This document shows, piece after piece, positions 30,001-40,917 of a stretch of DNA of 64,000 bases (its first letter is position 1; each line of letters begins with the position of its first letter). Below the pieces are notes generated by a model. That model searched no databases. It had not been told where the DNA came from and worked only from the letters and a program-made list of their open reading frames with translations. Source of the stretch: Balanoglossus misakiensis (taxonomy: Eukaryota; Animalia; Hemichordata); assembly GCA_040954595.2 (NCBI GenBank), contig CM082576.2, forward strand, positions 16,725,028-16,789,027, read 5' to 3'. Both the position numbers and the translations under genes were made by a program.

Positions 30001-33000
30001 GTTGGGTTTTGTGCCTGGACATAATAATATTACAAAATGACTGCAATGTGGCCACGTTAACTTGTATAGGGTATTCTCAAGAATGAATTAAAGGAAATGC
30101 ATGTACCTGACTCAATGGAGAATCTACAAGAGCTGAGTGGGATCCAACTTGAAGGGAATAAATTTGACGCATAGCCGGAATTGAGTAAACTTTCAAGTAG
30201 CACTGAGGATCAGGATCTGTCAAAACTATCAACTTTAACTCTGGTTCAAATCTGCAAGAGAAGAGCAAAAAAGTTTAATTAGTACATGCGTGTTCGTAAT
30301 ATCATTACTAGAAGGCAAACATGTTCTTGACATAAAATCTGGGAGACTTTTATTCTATCGGGATTACAAAATGTAATTTCTGTGTTTTTAATAGACATAT
30401 GTGACACGGTACTTTGAAACCTAGTCCTGCGGCCTGTTATTTATTCACGTGATTTTTTTTTTCAATTTTTAACTGTTTGCCAACATCGTGTATATTTATA
30501 ATAGGATAATAAACTTCAATTATATAATCATGATTGCCCATACGGTAGTGAAATATTGGATAAAATTGATACTAAATGTTATGCATACAGAAGTCATGAC
30601 AAGATATGTGTACTTACCCAACATGGTCTGCTTTGACAGAAACATCAGCAACCGATAAAATAAAGTCCTTCACTTTGATATTTGACCAGTATGTAAACAT
30701 AGTCAGTGATTTCAAGTCCCATACACTCAGTGATTTCTGGTAATACAACAAGATGAATGCAACTTTGATTAACACACCTCCTTAAAACTGGTTAGCCAAA
30801 CCCTTACAGTGCCATGTAAATGTACATGTACAGTAGCGAGTTAAAAGTTTCTATGCCAAAACAAGGCTATGGTACATAAACCGATACCGGTATATATTTG
30901 ACTCACCATCTCATCCAATGCATACAGTGTCTTCCAATCATGGCTTATTCTACACTTTACAATACTACAATCTGCAAAAGTGAGTAAGTCAATCAATGTA
31001 GATGAAATAAGCCAACGAACATTTCACACATATTGAAATACAATGACGGTTCTCAACTTAGAAATATCTGCATGATTATCTGGATTAGGCTGTAGAAAAG
31101 GCAAAGTCAATCTTGATTGACTTAAAGTGCACATGAATAAAAAAATTCCACATAAATATCTCTTTCGTAGGCCCTTTCAAACACTGTCTATCATGTTCAT
31201 TCAAAAAACATCTGCACGACTGGCCAAATCTGCTGACTTTCGGAAAGCACAACCAGTTTGACAATACAAGCTTGGAGCCAGGAAGTTATATTTGCATATG
31301 CTTGATGTAAATGTACCATGCCAAATGCCTTGTTCGTATGAGACCCAATTCTGAAATGTTCTAGGTCTGAAACTGGCATGAAAATCATGTGAGCACAGTC
31401 CAGTGTGATCTTGAATGGCATAGATTTGCATACCTGGTAGGAAGTGATCAGCTGACATCAACGGTTGGATTTTGTTGTCTATATCATGCCAGATGGTAAT
31501 ACTTGAGTCACCACTGCCCTGTTGAGCGAGTGAGTAAGTTAGTGAGTGATTGAGTGGCCAGTCAGTTAATGGGACAGTCAGTTGGAAACAAGATGAACAG
31601 AAAACAAACTCTTCACAGAGCTCGTGACCATGGCTAATCATTCTGAAATTCATTCAGGGCAGAAAATGTGATTATTAAAATCGAAACATGGGATGATCAT
31701 TAGATTAGACCCAGATATGAACTGAACATGTTAATGCAGGGATAGAAATACTCCTTTTACTTCCAGTGGCAAAAGTTTGTGTCTAGCAAAAGTACTTGAC
31801 CTTTTAACAGCATACATGAAGCAGCCATACACTTCAAAAAGTAATGGATATACTTCTTGATAGATCGAGACATGCAAATAAAACTTTGGCTGACTGGCTG
31901 GTTTGTCAACATTCTCAGCTTATTGGATTAACTTACCACTGTGAGTAAACTCATCATATCGTCTCTTTCAAATGTCATGGAATAATATGTTCTCTCTGTG
32001 TGGATGCAATTTGTGTCAATACATTCCATCTGGATTGATTTCTTCACCTGAATGAAATACAATTGTTAATAAATAACATCAATATTGGAGTCTTGAGAGT
32101 ATATCAGTTCATAACAGAAGAAATCACCAAAAGATGACAAACTGATGCAAATATGGCTTAAAGGGACAAAGTCTCTCTCTCGCTAGCCTTTTTCCATTAA
32201 TTATGTTTGATACAAGACGCCGTTTATGTTATTCTACATGTGGATATATGGTGAATCAATATTCGACCACACACAACTTCCATCTCGTTTGTAGGATATG
32301 AGAGTAAAAACTCGCCGAAATGAATAAATGGTAAAGAACGATTATTCATTTTGGCGAGTTTTTTCACTCTCCTGTCTATAAGAGGGATGGAAGTTGTGTG
32401 TGGTTGAACGTTCATTCACTATATATCCACATGTAGAATAATAATTAATATAAACAGTGTCTTGTATCAAACATAATTAATGGAAAAAGAGCAGTGAGAG
32501 AGAGATTTTGTCCCTTTAATGGGAACGATTTGAAAGGGTGGGGAGATTTGAAGTATTTTGTTGTGAAAAAAAAATATGTAAAATTTGGCAGCTCATGGGG
32601 CTTTCAGAAGAGGAATTTTCATGGTGTATCTCATACTATCACACAAAGTCATATTCTTGATATTTTTTCTGGCCAATATCAAAACACACTGTATATATTT
32701 ACAACTAGCCAATCCCAATTATATTGTCTATGAATGTACTGAAAAAATCAATAAGGGTTTAGTGTTAAATTTTGCTAACAAATCTTTCAAAATATCATGT
32801 TAACAATTATTTTGCATTGAGAATTTCGAAGAACTAAAAATGATGCATTCAACATGACAAAACCTCCAGCTTTGAAAACTTTATTACAGCTTCTAATAAC
32901 CGAATTTTACAACACCCCTCTCCACTAGCGTCCTATGGCCCGTGTGTCCCTCGCGCGCGCAGCGAACTGTCGCGCCGCGATATTTTCACATTGTGAAATA

Positions 33001-36000
33001 TCGTAAAATATCTTCGGGGCGAGAACAATAGAAAGTGTTAAATACAGGCGTTGCATGTATGATAATGAATGATATAAAACAGCCATAACCCTTTCACCCC
33101 TGAGTTCCCTCTTTAGAGGTCCGACTCTACCATAGAACACAACGGGTTTGGACTGAACCATGGTGGTGAAAGGGTTAAATAAGGGAAAACCATCTTATTA
33201 CAATTTACCTGTAAAGCGCAAGCAGCATCTCCATTTTGAAGGGCTATAATTGAATAGGATATTTTGAGTGTTAATATAGAGATACAATAACACAGAAACA
33301 ATAATTTTGAGACGTCAATTTTTTGTAATATAAATAACTGCATTAAAGATCTAATTACATGTACCTGATCAATAAAACCTCTAGTACACCGGTATTTATT
33401 GGCACATTGCAAACTAATCCTGTATCAGTATGTATCAATGCATGACATCAAAGTATTATAGTATAAGTGGCATGTCAGCATTTTGAGGAACTTCTGTCAG
33501 GTCGCTGGTATAGAAATCTGGCTTTAAAGAAACATTATGCACAACTGAGTTATGTGCCCTTTGCAATCCAACTACTCAACCTGAGACTGTCATAAGGCGG
33601 TGTGTGTAGTTTTAAATCACGTTTTAATTTGATGTAGCGTAACTTTGTAATTGTGTAATTCCATTGTTTTGTCGATGATGTAAATATTTAACCCTAACGC
33701 TGCCAAGTCGGTTGAAACTGGTTTGATTTCCAGGGTGCCTATAATCCTGGCTCCCAGGCCTGTTAGACTGCCAAGAGTGTGTGTTATTCAGTAGGACCTA
33801 CTGTATACAACACCCTCAAACCAAACCAGTGCAAAACAGTACGATTTGGTACATTTTAAGGGGGGGGGGGTTCAAACTGCCAAGTGTGTCAAAATACGTT
33901 TTAGAAGAAAGAGTGGCAAATACGTATTTTAAGGGACTTGACACTCAAAAAAGGTATGACACCAAGTAGCATTAGGGTTAATGGTTCATGCATGTGCCGT
34001 TGTATAAGACAAGTTTCCCATTTTAGGGAATATGAAGTTTAATATTATCATTATTAAGTGCACCTGAAAAATTCTCACAATACATTACACTACACATACT
34101 AACCTTCACAGAGTTGTTCAAGAAGAATATTTGAAAACACAAAACAGCCATGATGATTAGATGATATAATTAGATTGTACCTTCCTGTAAAGAGAGAAAA
34201 GAAGACCATTATTTGCAAGGTTCCTGTGAAGGCTTACAATGTATCTGTGCATTACTTGCTCAGTGCTATACACCCTGCTCTTGCAGTTAAATATGTTTTG
34301 TGCAATTATTCCTAGTCATATTCAGTTATTTCACTTCAATTGAAATAAAATCTCAAATCAAGTCCAGACCTACAAGACTGGCTGGATTCACCTGGTGTTG
34401 TGATTTCTGAATTAAACACAAATACATTGATTTTCTTGTTTCATTTTCAAGCCTTAAGGGGCAACACCAAAAGATCAATGTCAGATAGAAATTCATGTAC
34501 TTAATGCTTTTTAGTTTGTTTTGTTTGTTTGTTTTTGGGAGGGGGCATTATGTCAGATAAAAATACTTAAACCCTAGTGCGGGGTATAAAGAGTCGCTTG
34601 CACACGTGAAATGATTAGGGCGCCCTTTTTGGGATTATAAAAGTTGGTAAACATTTCTTATCAGCGACTCAAATAGTTTTGCATTCACATGTGTATAAAA
34701 GGGACCGGATCACCGCACTCAATGCGTCCACAGCAGCGTGGCTAAAGGTCACAATGGCGGATTCAGTGATGTGTTTACTGTATATGTAGCTCTGGACTTA
34801 TACCCAAACAGCATATAAGTCCAGAGCTACTGTATATGGTACTCCTGAATTTGCTTTTTAAACGTCGCCGACGCCGATTTCATGGGCATTTGAATGAACC
34901 GATACCGGTTTATGGTAACCTTTCATTGGAGGTTGCGCCTGGAAGACTGCAGTCCATGCTACTAAATCGTCGTCGGAGGTCGAGTTTGCAATTCCTTTGT
35001 ATGTGCCTTGGCCATTTCCGCGTCACTCCAATTGTTGCCTCGAGACACTGCTTCGGCCATTGTTTTAGTAAAGTGAACCTCAACGCTTAATGCAGCGCTT
35101 AATGAGACAAACCGCATCGGCAGAGTGCGTTTAGATCGGCGTTTAGTGTGGTGTTTCTGTTCACACGTGATTTGAATCGCTGTTTAGTGCGGCGCCCCGA
35201 CCCAGGTCCCACCCCTCAACACCGTCACAAAAAAAGAGCGGCGCAGGGCCGCTCTCACCTTTTCACACGTGGCACTTACAAATTAACGCCGCCCTAGGGC
35301 AGCCACTGGGACGGCGTTGACGGCACGTGAGAAAGGCACTAAGGACCCCCCAAATCAGTGGCGAATCTTAATGCTGTTTGACTGACAACAGACAACACCA
35401 ACCATCTTAGCTCTATGAATATCGGCCCAAACAGGTCCAAGCATAAAGAATTACACCACACAACGACAGTAGTTGGCTTTATAAACACACACAACATAAA
35501 GTTATCGACGAAAAAGTACACGAGCTTTTGAAACAACGATGATTTTGGGAGAAATCTGGTTTCAGTGCTTTTCAGAAGCGTCCCTGGGAAACAATAACCA
35601 CGCCATTCAAACAGTTGTCAATCGCGTGGAAGTGTGAAGTGTTCAATTATTTTCTGTGTACATGAGAGCAATTACACAGTCATTATGCAAGACGACCACT
35701 CCCAAATAAACAACTATACAAACACACGTTAATCCGAACCCCTGGCCTTTCCGCACCGGGGTTTAATGTTTTAGATTGTTTTTTAGGGGGAGGAGGCGTG
35801 TTTTTGGGGGAGGGGGCATTAGACCTAAAAAGTTTCTATCCTTCAAATCGATTTTAGGTAAAAATTGCCAGGGAATTAATATTCTAGAAAAATCAAAGCA
35901 GAAATGTGCACTTTATATTAAAGCCAGTAGACTGAATTTTCTTGTGACCGTCCCTGGTTTGCATAAAAAATGCAGAATGTTTATATAGCCTTTATTCAAT

Positions 36001-39000
36001 TGTTGCGCTCAGGATTTATATGTTGCTACATTACTGGTGCAGGTGTTCATTACATTCGATACACCAATGTCACATGGTTTCAGGGACTACACATGCAGTT
36101 GTATTTATTTCAACCACTATTTTAACTGATCCTTTGTTTCACTCGATATAGAAAGAGCCTGGTAAAATTCCCAGCTGTCACTCATTTCAGTGGATTAAGT
36201 TTCAGTGGAGGGGGGGGGCGGGGTAGTCTGTGTGGAAACTTAGGGATTTAATTAAGTTTTTTAACCTACATTGAACGTTTGATGTCGCCCCTGAGGAGGG
36301 TATAATTTTTTTGTGAATCACAACTTTTTTCCTGAAAGTCGACTACTCACCGTTGTAAGCTTCCATTGTTATGTTATTGAAGGTCTTTGTAGAATCCAGG
36401 CTGTCATCTTCAGATGTAGTGTCAGTGTCAGAAAACTGTACAAGTTCCTGTGAGCAGAGAAAATAATTATACTGTAGTAAACATGTCATTGTTAATGATC
36501 TAGTCTCATTCAAAATTATTCTTTTTTGACAGGGCGTTGAAGCATGAAACCCAAACCTATAGATAGATACTGTACATGTATGAATTTATTGAAAACATAC
36601 TGGTAGTTACCTCTAGTAAAGTTTAAAAAAAATTGTTAATTGGACAAGGAGATTACTTGCCTGGGAAAACAATATCTGCTCTGATAGAACACTAACAATG
36701 TGTACAGTTCCGCCAGACTCAGCAACAACAAGGAATTGTGAATCTGCACTCCATGCAACAACATCGACTTCTGAATCTAAAGTAAACAGAAAGTAAGAGA
36801 ATGAATAGCAATAAAATATAAGTTAACAGAAACAGTACCACTGGCACGGTTTCAAGTTAACAGAAACGTGCATCCAGGTTTCATTTTGGACTGTACTACA
36901 TGTAGTTGGCGGCCCAAACTTCGAAGTTTTGAATAACTGGTCATAACAATAACAAATATATGAATTTGCTACCAACAAAACAAATTACCTGGTTTGGTGA
37001 ATATTCCCAGCTGTCACTTATTTAAAGGGACAAAGTCTCTCTCTCTCTCTCTCGCTGCCCTTTTTCCTTTAATTATGTTGATACAAGACACTATTCATGT
37101 TATTCTACATGTGATTATATAGTGAATCAACGTTCGACCACATACAAGTTCCATCCCATTTGTAGGATATGAGAGTAAAAATCTCGCCAAAATGAATAAA
37201 TGGTAAACACCAATTATTCATTTCGGCGAGTTTTTCACGTGTCTATAAGTGGGATGGAAGTTGTGTGTGGTAGAACATTGATTAACTATATAGAATATAG
37301 AATAACATAAACGGTGTCTTGTATCAAACATAATTAAGGGAAAAAGGGCAGCAAGAGAGAGACTTTGTCCCTTTAAATGGACAACATAAAACAGTTTATA
37401 GAGCTTCTTTTAACATGCATTTCAGTTTTACAAGCTACACAGGTATACCTATCAATGAATGTGTTGTTTTACTACTACAAGCATCATATTAAATAAAATA
37501 TCTGGGTAAGACCTTTCAGACATACCTACCAAAGCTTATAGTGAATTTAAAGCGATGTCCATTTTCATCAAATAGAGACAAATCCTGTCCAGCGACAACA
37601 CATAGACCACTCCGTGAACTACAAGATAGTAACCTTGGATTGCTGAAAACCTGTGGGGAAAAAATAATCACATTTGTATTAGCATTTAGGACATTTCTTT
37701 GCCATTTTTCTAACCAATCTCCTATCATTAAACTAATCTGAGTTTTTATCAGTAGAACATGGTACCATTCTTTCCATGTTATTTTTTCACAAGACAACAT
37801 TGTATCACCTCATTATTTTTATCCGTCTCTCAAATTATCTCGACTTTATGACACTGTATCACATTGCAGGGTCTGTCTTCTCATTAACCATGAACAGTCA
37901 CCCTTTTCACACTCACCCTCACACCGCCCTCAACCCCCCCCCCCCCCCTAAAATTAATGGTCCAGGTAGTAGGGACTGGGCGGCGGTTATTCCATTGCAA
38001 TTTCAAAAATCAAAGCCTCACACTTTTTCTGATATTTACTCAAGGCAACATTTACAGTTGGTGCTTGCACAACATATTCTGGCCACCAGCGTTGGTACTA
38101 AGAATTTTGTAACGCGGAAGTAGAATTTTCCGAGATCAAAAAAAAAAAAAAAAAAATCCAAATCAGCCAAAGTAGAAGCGGCGATTCCGATGAACAATTT
38201 ATTTTTTCTTCCTGGCCTTATGGCCGATGGTCGTCTTATGCACATGTGCATAATTTTGTGAGTACAAACATTATGTACAATCCAACACATTATTTTAAAA
38301 AGTGGACTGCTTTCGCTTCCTTTCATATTTCATGTGCAACATTATAAGAGGAAATTTGTCTCTTCTTTTCACCCAATGGTTGCTGCCATCTTGTCTGTTG
38401 TTAGGACAGCACACTGCCAGTGCCTCCTGACAATGATAGTACCGGTGTATGTTTGCTTCTCAACGAACATTTTTACTGCTCTTTTACAAAATAAAAAAAT
38501 GGACTTTGAGAAACAAATGTTTTCTTCAGTGTGTCAAAAGTTTACTCTTGAAAAGGATAAAGTTTTGTTCTAGTAAAAAAAATAAAGTACAATTTACCTC
38601 GAAATAAAGTTTGTACAGAATTATAAGTTTGTTTCAATAGGGGAATGTATTAGCTGATTAATTTTAAAGATATTGTTTGTGATAAATAAATTTCATAAAT
38701 ACTAAATATTAAAGATATTGTCTAGAAAAATATGAAGTTGAAAAAAAAAATTCAATTGAAAATAAAGCCAAATTACATTTACAGCTAATGTTCCTACGCT
38801 ATTCACGCTCATATTTGATCCGAATTTATAACATGTTATTTTTCAATTTTGTGATATGTGAGTGTGACCTGTTATCATTGTATGTTACAGTGGTACCGTA
38901 GCTTGTAGGCATGGTAGGTAAAAACCAGCAGTATATACATGTAGTGGGTGGATATAAGGATAGCCCTGCGTACATGTCTCTTGTGTTGCCGGTGTTGCAC

Positions 39001-39257
39001 AGTACAAGCACACAGACCTGTACGCAGGCACTAGAGAGTGTTGGTGTACCCCCCCCCCCCCCACACACACACACACACACCTCCCAAAACGTAAACACAA
39101 GCGTAGCAGTTGCACGCTCCACTCGTACACTAACCTCATCCTGTGGTGAAATGGTTGCTACAGTTTCAACTTGGTAAAGGGCCGTCCCGCTTTCATTTCG
39201 AGGTCCAAAGTTTGTTGTCTCCTCCCCTTCAAAACCAATCTCTACGTTGTTCCACAT
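81..39257 (-). CDS. KNTC1: Kinetochore-associated protein 1 (Rod, RZZ complex); 5' part of a multi-exon gene continuing beyond the left edge
   Basis: The N-terminus MWNNVEIGFEGEETTNFGPRNESGTALYQVETVATIS and motifs YLMEALPETRFHKLLHKRRFEDAIQFAKQFDLDVE, DNWPMNGLELAE, ITFRMLDRVAAPELIP and RLPFHPLIYGYPWKIL match KNTC1/Rod. Manually chained, phase-consistent exons (5'->3'): 39135-39257, 37530-37650, 36661-36776, 36351-36447, 34104-34184, 33209-33243, 31937-32047, 31434-31518, 30907-30971, 30618-30736, 30107-30251, 29572-29745, 28682-28891, 27272-27408, 26425-26533, 25824-25967, 24127-24189, 23357-23467, 22886-23005, 21995-22138, 21231-21329, 20645-20748, 19825-19927, 18890-19027, 17719-17853, 17066-17206, 16435-16554, 16314-16337 (optional), 15713-15780, 15246-15347, 14521-14681, 13932-14029, 9274-9493, 8936-9105, 8177-8275, 7076-7204, 6592-6702, 5858-5970, 4745-4940, 4042-4137, 3263-3358, 2930-3020, 2317-2375, 81-315. 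Confidence 0.93.
655..2127. mobile_element. Non-autonomous TTAA-target DNA transposon (Kolobok-like termini) carrying a nested ~1 kb insertion
   Basis: Inverted ends TTAA|AGGCACGTAAGCTGCAACT ... AGTTACAGCTTACGTGACT|TTAA. A related copy lacking the insert lies at ~47895-48210. Confidence 0.75.
741..1707. mobile_element. Nested palindromic element: 141-bp hairpin followed by a segment bounded by a ~34-bp inverted repeat
   Basis: Near-perfect hairpin 741-881 centred on GGCGAAGCC. IR 882-915 pairs with 1674-1707. Absent from the sister copy at ~47.9 kb. Confidence 0.7.
2490..2708. mobile_element. MITE, TA-flanked CTGTAAAACACTTTATT family (copies 41605-41787 and degenerate 29819-29951)
   Basis: TA|CTGTAAAACACTTTA ... 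TAAAGTTTTTACAG|TA; internal sequence shared with 41605-41787. Confidence 0.75.
3551..3971. mobile_element. MITE family A (TTAA|GGATGTACG...), ~420 bp
   Basis: TIR GGATGTACG with TTAA flanks; close copies at 9976-10387 (inverted) and 22253-22670. Confidence 0.85.
5088..5374. repeat. Dispersed repeat with internal inverted repeat ATTTCCAGATGACGGGCAA; second copy 28321-28592
   Basis: Direct similarity between the two loci plus an internal IR in both. Confidence 0.7.
8452..8770. mobile_element. TTAA-flanked MITE (AGCCTCTAGAGCTGCC TIR); partial copy ~32130-32610 interrupted by a family B MITE
   Basis: Perfect 16-bp TIR, TTAA|AGCCTCTAGAGCTGCC ... GGCAGCTCTAGAGGCT|TTAA. Confidence 0.8.
9976..10387. 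mobile_element. MITE family A copy (reverse orientation)
   Basis: TTAA|GGATGTACG ... CGTACATCC|TTAA; reverse complement of 3551-3971. Confidence 0.85.
10497..10916. mobile_element. Non-autonomous Academ(H)-like DNA transposon
   Basis: TIR TAGCCCGGAGACCAGG ... CCTGGTCTCCGGGCTA; exact 9-bp TSD CTATCCATG (10488-10496 and 10917-10925). TAG..CTA termini with a 9-bp TSD fit AcademH. Confidence 0.75.
11471..11537. repeat. (CATC)n/(CATA)n microsatellite near the end of a Helentron/DINE-like repeat (~11255-11570 plus 13858-13885)
   Basis: Tetranucleotide run followed by the hairpin AGGTCCCA...TGGGACCT, which is split by the Tigger element. Confidence 0.6.
11571..13857 (-). mobile_element. Full-length Tigger/pogo (Tc1/mariner superfamily) DNA transposon
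   Basis: 26-bp TIR CAGTC(A/G)AACCTCGGTATAACGAAAAC, TA TSD at both ends, internal transposase. Confidence 0.95.
11984..13549 (-). pseudogene. Tigger/pogo transposase (CENP-B-type HTH plus DDE_1 domain) broken by two in-frame TGA stops
   Basis: ORFs 13349-13549, 12485-13303 and 11984-12475 share one frame. Motifs FKASNGWLERFKARH, IFNADETGL, VDNCPAH, LPPNTTSKLQPMDQG and C-terminal QTKITDF. Confidence 0.9.
18006..18187. mobile_element. Degenerate Tigger-type MITE (CAGTAAAACCTGTC...); relatives at ~42130-42319, ~42868-43007, ~23060-23238 and ~47400-47539
   Basis: TA|CAGTAAAACCTGTCTAAAG ... AGACGGTTTAACTG ends. Confidence 0.55.
18288..18713. mobile_element. MITE family B (TTAA|AGGGACAAAGTCTCTCTC), with an ~82-bp duplication near the right end
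   Basis: Long TIRs and TTAA flanks; 18543-18624 repeated at 18625-18706. Confidence 0.85.
19274..19568. mobile_element. MITE family B copy
   Basis: TTAA|AGGAACAAAGTCTCTC ... GAGACTTTGTCCCT|TTAA. Confidence 0.85.
22253..22670. mobile_element. MITE family A copy
   Basis: Colinear with 3551-3971; ends CGTACATCC|TTAA. Confidence 0.85.
24569..25191. mobile_element. Young foldback-type MITE with ~200-bp TIRs and TTAA TSD
   Basis: TTAA|AGGGGAAATCCGTCGTAGCTG ... CAGCTACGACGGATTTCCCCT|TTAA; arms almost perfectly complementary. Confidence 0.9.
27446..27774. mobile_element. MITE family B copy
   Basis: AGGGAGAAAGTCTCTC ... GAGACATTCTCCCT|TTAA with the shared internal sequence. Confidence 0.8.
28921..29156. 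mobile_element. piggyBac-like MITE (TTAA|CCCTAATGCT...AGCATTAGGG|TTAA)
   Basis: CCC/GGG termini with TTAA TSD; second copy 33692-33977. Confidence 0.8.
29366..29538. mobile_element. TTAA-flanked MITE (AGGTATACGGTCACC TIR)
   Basis: TTAA|AGGTATACGGTCACCT ... AGGTGACCGTATACCT|TTAA; partial copy at ~46689. Confidence 0.75.
32162..32515. mobile_element. MITE family B copy inserted into the TTAA of another MITE
   Basis: Flanks ...ATATGGC-TTAA-TGG... match the uninterrupted site at ~8687-8699. Confidence 0.85.
33692..33977. mobile_element. piggyBac-like MITE copy
   Basis: TTAA|CCCTAACGCTGCCAAG ... TAGCATTAGGG|TTAA. Confidence 0.8.
34787..34829. mobile_element. 43-bp Academ(H)-like micro-MITE
   Basis: 16-bp TIR TAGCTCTGGACTTATA/TATAAGTCCAGAGCTA; 9-bp TSD CTGTATATG (34778-34786 and 34830-34838). 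Confidence 0.75.
37026..37372. mobile_element. MITE family B copy
   Basis: TTAA|AGGGACAAAGTCTCTC ... GAGACTTTGTCCCT|TTAA. Confidence 0.85.
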
Positions 39258-39499
39258 ACTCTGCAGTGGTACTACAAATACATGATGATGTACCTGCAAA
39301 GTTTTGATAGTTGGCGCGCCTATTTTCCCAGCGAAAGTATAGGGGGCGCCGTCTATGACCTTTGGCTTTGCCCAAAACAAGAAATGAAAACATATGAAAA
39401 TACTCGTCCGGTTCACTGCCATCGTGACTTTTATTAAGTTTATAAATAAAAAAAGTATCCGGGTAGGTTTTTTTTTCTGTGGAGGTAGAAAAACTATCA

Positions 39500-39698
39500 C
39501 CTCTACAGTGGCTCACGCGAGAGATCCCGAGAATGTGAATCCGAAACCAAATCTAAAACTGAAGCTACCTTCAGGCTCAGCGACGCGTACTACCTGCAAC
39601 CTGCGATTCCAGCTTATTTACACTGTCGTGTGACAGTGTTGTGGACTTATCTGCATAGCTGAAATTAAGTGATAAAGGCGACCACATTCCTTTTAACG
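39500..39698. promoter_or_regulatory. Compact CpG-rich bidirectional promoter region between KNTC1 and the ZDHHC gene
   Basis: Divergent ATGs at 39257 (-) and 39699 (+). The KNTC1 ATG exon has an acceptor at ~39261, and candidate minus-strand donors lie at ~39568 and ~39593. Local CpG enrichment. Confidence 0.55.
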
Positions 39699-40583
39699 AT
39701 GGAGGTCATGAGAGGCTTCGGATTGAAGTTGTCGAACGAGATGGGTAAAATGATGACCTCCCGTAGGATTTTGCTTTATGCAAATTACATGGCAATGGCT
39801 TATTACTGGTTTGTTTACCTGACTATGTTATACATCGTCTTGTTTGTGGCGATCCCAGCAGTACAAGGGTCTTATCAAAATATCCAGACCGCGGCATTTG
39901 TTTTCTTCATGGTCAGCATAAAGGTGAACTACATCCTGTGTCTTTGGAATAACAGTATTTATCGGGGAGGTTCCACACCGTTTCCAGCACCCAAAGACTG
40001 GTATCACTGCATCACCTGTCAACACCACATTCCACCCAGAGCTCACCATTGCCCCTTGTGTGGCTATTGTATCCTCAAGCGAGAAGAGCATTGCTTCTTC
40101 ATCGGCAAATGCATCGGGCATCGCAATCACCGCTTCTACATCGTCTTCTGTTTTTATGTGGGGTGTGCTTCACTTTTTGGAATCGCCTACTGCGCAATGT
40201 ACGCCAGTCAGATGTATGCAACATTTTCCGCTGGTGGATCCAAACTCATCTTTTTTCTTCCATTCGCTTTTCTCAACTGGTTATTTGGATCTCTGCCAAA
40301 CCCAATATTTGGCACAATATTCCTGATGTATTTATGCTTGATTACCTTCTCATTAGGAGCTGGATTGTTCGCCTTCAATGTGCTGTTAGTTCTTGGAGGC
40401 CAGACTCGATATGAGTTTGATTTTGGCTACGTTATGAAGTTACCTCATTATGCAGCTATGGCAAATGTTCGCGACACATTTGGAAAATACTGGTGGACCT
40501 CTTTCATTATTCCTGGAATAACATCAGTACCAGAGGGAGATGGTATCACCATTAGAACACACAAACAATATAAAAATATCTAA
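39699..40583 (+). CDS. Intronless DHHC-family palmitoyltransferase (ZDHHC22/24-like), 294 aa, with a variant EEHC motif
   Basis: Cys-rich domain CITCQHHIPPRAHHCPLCGYCILKREEHCFFIGKCIGHRNHRFY, hydrophobic TM segments, GQTRYE (TTxE-like), NVRDTFG and C-terminal PEGDG. Confidence 0.9.
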   Translation: MEVMRGFGLKLSNEMGKMMTSRRILLYANYMAMAYYWFVYLTMLYIVLFVAIPAVQGSYQNIQTAAFVFFMVSIKVNYILCLWNNSIYRGGSTPFPAPKDWYHCITCQHHIPPRAHHCPLCGYCILKREEHCFFIGKCIGHRNHRFYIVFCFYVGCASLFGIAYCAMYASQMYATFSAGGSKLIFFLPFAFLNWLFGSLPNPIFGTIFLMYLCLITFSLGAGLFAFNVLLVLGGQTRYEFDFGYVMKLPHYAAMANVRDTFGKYWWTSFIIPGITSVPEGDGITIRTHKQYKNI

Positions 40584-40772
40584 GTGTAACACTGTGTTGA
40601 AGATAATTTGTGTATACATGTACATGTATACATGTTTATTTTGTAAATTTCTTCAATTGTAATTTTCAATTGTGTTAATTAAGAATTTTACTGAGTGAGA
40701 GATTGATTGCCATTCTATTTTCCCAAGATTGTCTTAGCACATTTCCACTAGCAATGCATACTAGTATCCAGG

Positions 40773-40917
40773 CAGTGTTCTCCCCAGAGCAATTAAAGCA
40801 TAATGGCTACTGTTCTTTAATTTTGAGAAGACAATGTAACTCAATTAACATAACAGTTGTTTATATTGTTATGCAAACTAGCTGTTATGCTATCAGAAAT
40901 TTCTGGGGAGAACACTG
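40773..40917. mobile_element. Short hAT-like MITE downstream of the ZDHHC ORF
   Basis: 16-bp TIR CAGTGTTCTCCCCAGA / TCTGGGGAGAACACTG; TSD degenerate. Confidence 0.6.

Noticed and set aside
38826-39500. 224-aa ORF as a separate gene
   Set aside because: Only 39135-39257 is coding (first KNTC1 coding exon); the rest reads through intron and poly-C/(CA)n sequence.
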